From assembly GCA_012522535.1 (NCBI GenBank), contig JAAYKF010000028.1, positions 1-50,708 of the forward strand: DNA of 50,708 nt, read 5' to 3'. The DNA comes from Bacteroidales bacterium. Its GTDB lineage: Bacteria; Bacteroidota; Bacteroidia; Bacteroidales; WCHB1-69. Within the stretch, counting starts at the first letter, position 1; each line of letters begins with the position of its first letter. The translations under genes were made by a program, and so were the position numbers. Below, piece after piece: positions 49,339 to 50,708 of this stretch. The notes beneath the pieces are model-generated. The model was not told the origin of the DNA and did no database searches. It saw only the letters and a list, made by a program, of their open reading frames with translations.

Positions 49339-50708
49339 CTAATGCTTAATTATAAGTTTTTTGGTGCTTTTGCTGGTTTCACTCTCTATAACAACAAAAT
49401 AAACTCCCTCTGAAATATTATTTAATTCAATTAGCTGATTTCCTGCATTGATGTTTTTTATATATACAACTTCTGAAAGCATATTGTAGATTTTAAGTAA
49501 AGCATTTTCTTTCGACTTTATATAAACATTTCCATTAGATGGATTTGGATAAACATTAAAATATTCCATATCTCTATTGTCAATTCCTATTATTCCAGGA
49601 CTTGCTAATCCGGGTCCAGCCCAAGAACTAAATTCATTATCTGCACAAATGCTTCTTACATAAATATCATGATTCTTTGTCTCAGGAACAGTAATGAAAT
49701 ATATGTTATCGAATGTTACGGTTTCTATGGTTCCAGTTCCTTGTTCAAATCCTTCTTCGCCCCATTCAATTTCAAATTTATTATTTCCATATGGTGACTT
49801 CCAAGCGATTTTTACTTCTGTTTCTGTTATAAACTCGCCCAAAACATTGCTTGGCTCAAAACAGCTAAACCAAATTTGGTCTATCCACAATTGTGATGGA
49901 CTTCGAGGAGTTATAAATTCAATTTCAATCTCTTCGGGTAGCTCATTAATGTCTATTTCTAGTTCGGCTATGGCGTATTCTGCACTGGGATTAATTTCGT
50001 AAATGAAAAGTCCTATTAAATGCTCGCCATTATTTTTGAAAAAACTTACCTTCATTTCGCCATTGGCATTCATTGTAGAGTTATATTTATATGCAAAATA
50101 AATTTTTTCTGGTATTACATCAAATTCACCTCTATACTTAATTTCTCCGCTATCAAATTCGCCGAACATAAACTTACCTTCCAAAAGTGCCGCATATTCA
50201 CCGCTATAACTTTCGGTGGTTTTTTCAACATTTTTAATATCGTCTCTAATGGCACCTAAGCTCAAATTGGAGGTTTCCCAACCCACTGGCTCTTCAGTAG
50301 TAAGGTTTTGCCAATCTTCAAATCCGCCATTGGGCAAATATAATTTCTCATTGCTTGCATTGCTAAAATGAACATCATCAATTTGTAACCACGAGCCCAA
50401 AACAGGTGTTCCACCCCACATACCATGCTTGCTACTCATAAAAGTTACAAAAATCTCATCTGGCTCTTCAAGGTTTGCATTTATAGGAATTTCAATGGCT
50501 GTCCATTCTGTGGCATTGGTCTCAATGTCGTATGTTAGCTCTTCAATTAGCTGACCATCATTTTTAAGTATGATATAAACAAGACCTTTGTCACCGGGTT
50601 GAAATTCAGCTTTATAGTGAAAGTTGAAACTATTTCCCGTTATATTTGACGGAATACCTTGCCATATTATTTCAGAAAAGTCGTTGCTAATCTGCATTCC
50701 TCCAAAAA
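49339..50708 (-). CDS. T9SS (Por) C-terminal sorting domain-containing secreted protein, 5'-truncated by the window edge
   Basis: The C-terminal ~75 aa (YPNPSNGNVYI...GVYFVVIESETSKSTKKLIIK) form a type A T9SS sorting domain. Upstream are an FN3-like module (EVKIAWKSP...YVRSICADNEFSSW) and two similar beta-sandwich-like modules. The reading frame stays open to position 50708 and there is no signal peptide at the M at 50697. Confidence 0.85.
   Translation of the reverse strand, partial: FGGMQISNDFSEIIWQGIPSNITGNSFNFHYKAEFQPGDKGLVYIILKNDGQLIEELTYDIETNATEWTAIEIPINANLEEPDEIFVTFMSSKHGMWGGTPVLGSWLQIDDVHFSNASNEKLYLPNGGFEDWQNLTTEEPVGWETSNLSLGAIRDDIKNVEKTTESYSGEYAALLEGKFMFGEFDSGEIKYRGEFDVIPEKIYFAYKYNSTMNANGEMKVSFFKNNGEHLIGLFIYEINPSAEYAIAELEIDINELPEEIEIEFITPRSPSQLWIDQIWFSCFEPSNVLGEFITETEVKIAWKSPYGNNKFEIEWGEEGFEQGTGTIETVTFDNIYFITVPETKNHDIYVRSICADNEFSSWAGPGLASPGIIGIDNRDMEYFNVYPNPSNGNVYIKSKENALLKIYNMLSEVVYIKNINAGNQLIELNNISEGVYFVVIESETSKSTKKLIIKH

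Noticed and set aside
1-50708. A by-eye scan of the whole window for CRISPR repeats, tRNA/rRNA genes, IS/transposase/integrase genes, toxin-antitoxin pairs or known defence-system genes.
   Set aside because: None were seen. Every ORF over 100 aa that is not a shadow ORF has a housekeeping, transport or glycan-utilisation assignment. The only multi-copy sequence I noticed is the duplicated terminator hairpin. A by-eye scan can miss short or degenerate elements.

Overview
AT-rich chromosomal core segment that looks like Bacteroidota. Supporting signs are TAnnTTTG -7 boxes, a T9SS C-terminal sorting domain, a TonB-dependent receptor with a DUF4249-like partner, and a str-S10-spc-alpha ribosomal superoperon without tuf.

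Layout, left to right:
- TPR protein plus a YqaA/DedA-type membrane protein.
- A five-gene RND efflux operon: TolC-like, adaptor, AcrB-like pump, small P-II-like protein, TetR.
- ppdK, convergent with an OsmC-family gene.
- A LacI-ROK-GH2-GH92 mannoside operon.
- An RluA-family pseudouridine synthase abutting a minus-strand operon (DUF4290-like, ABC ATPase, ABC-2 permease, GT2), with a UvrD/PcrA-type helicase upstream.
- An uninterrupted ~18 kb ribosomal block of 33 genes, rpsL to rplQ. It includes rpmD and rpmJ, which are under 60 aa and absent from the ORF track.
- A minus-strand TonB-dependent receptor with a DUF4249-like lipoprotein.
- A 5'-truncated T9SS cargo gene at the window edge.

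I found no rRNA, tRNA, CRISPR array, transposase, integrase or recognisable defence system. This is mostly ordinary housekeeping DNA, and I cannot point to a convincing novel multi-gene system.

The best leads are:
- A duplicated terminator hairpin bracketing a ~320 bp orphan segment between ppdK and the OsmC-family gene.
- The tightly coupled DUF4290-ABC-GT2 operon.
- The P-II-like protein inside the RND operon.
- An unusual hairpin/promoter-like spacer between rpsE and rpmD.

All family assignments come from reading motifs by eye and from memory; no searches were run.
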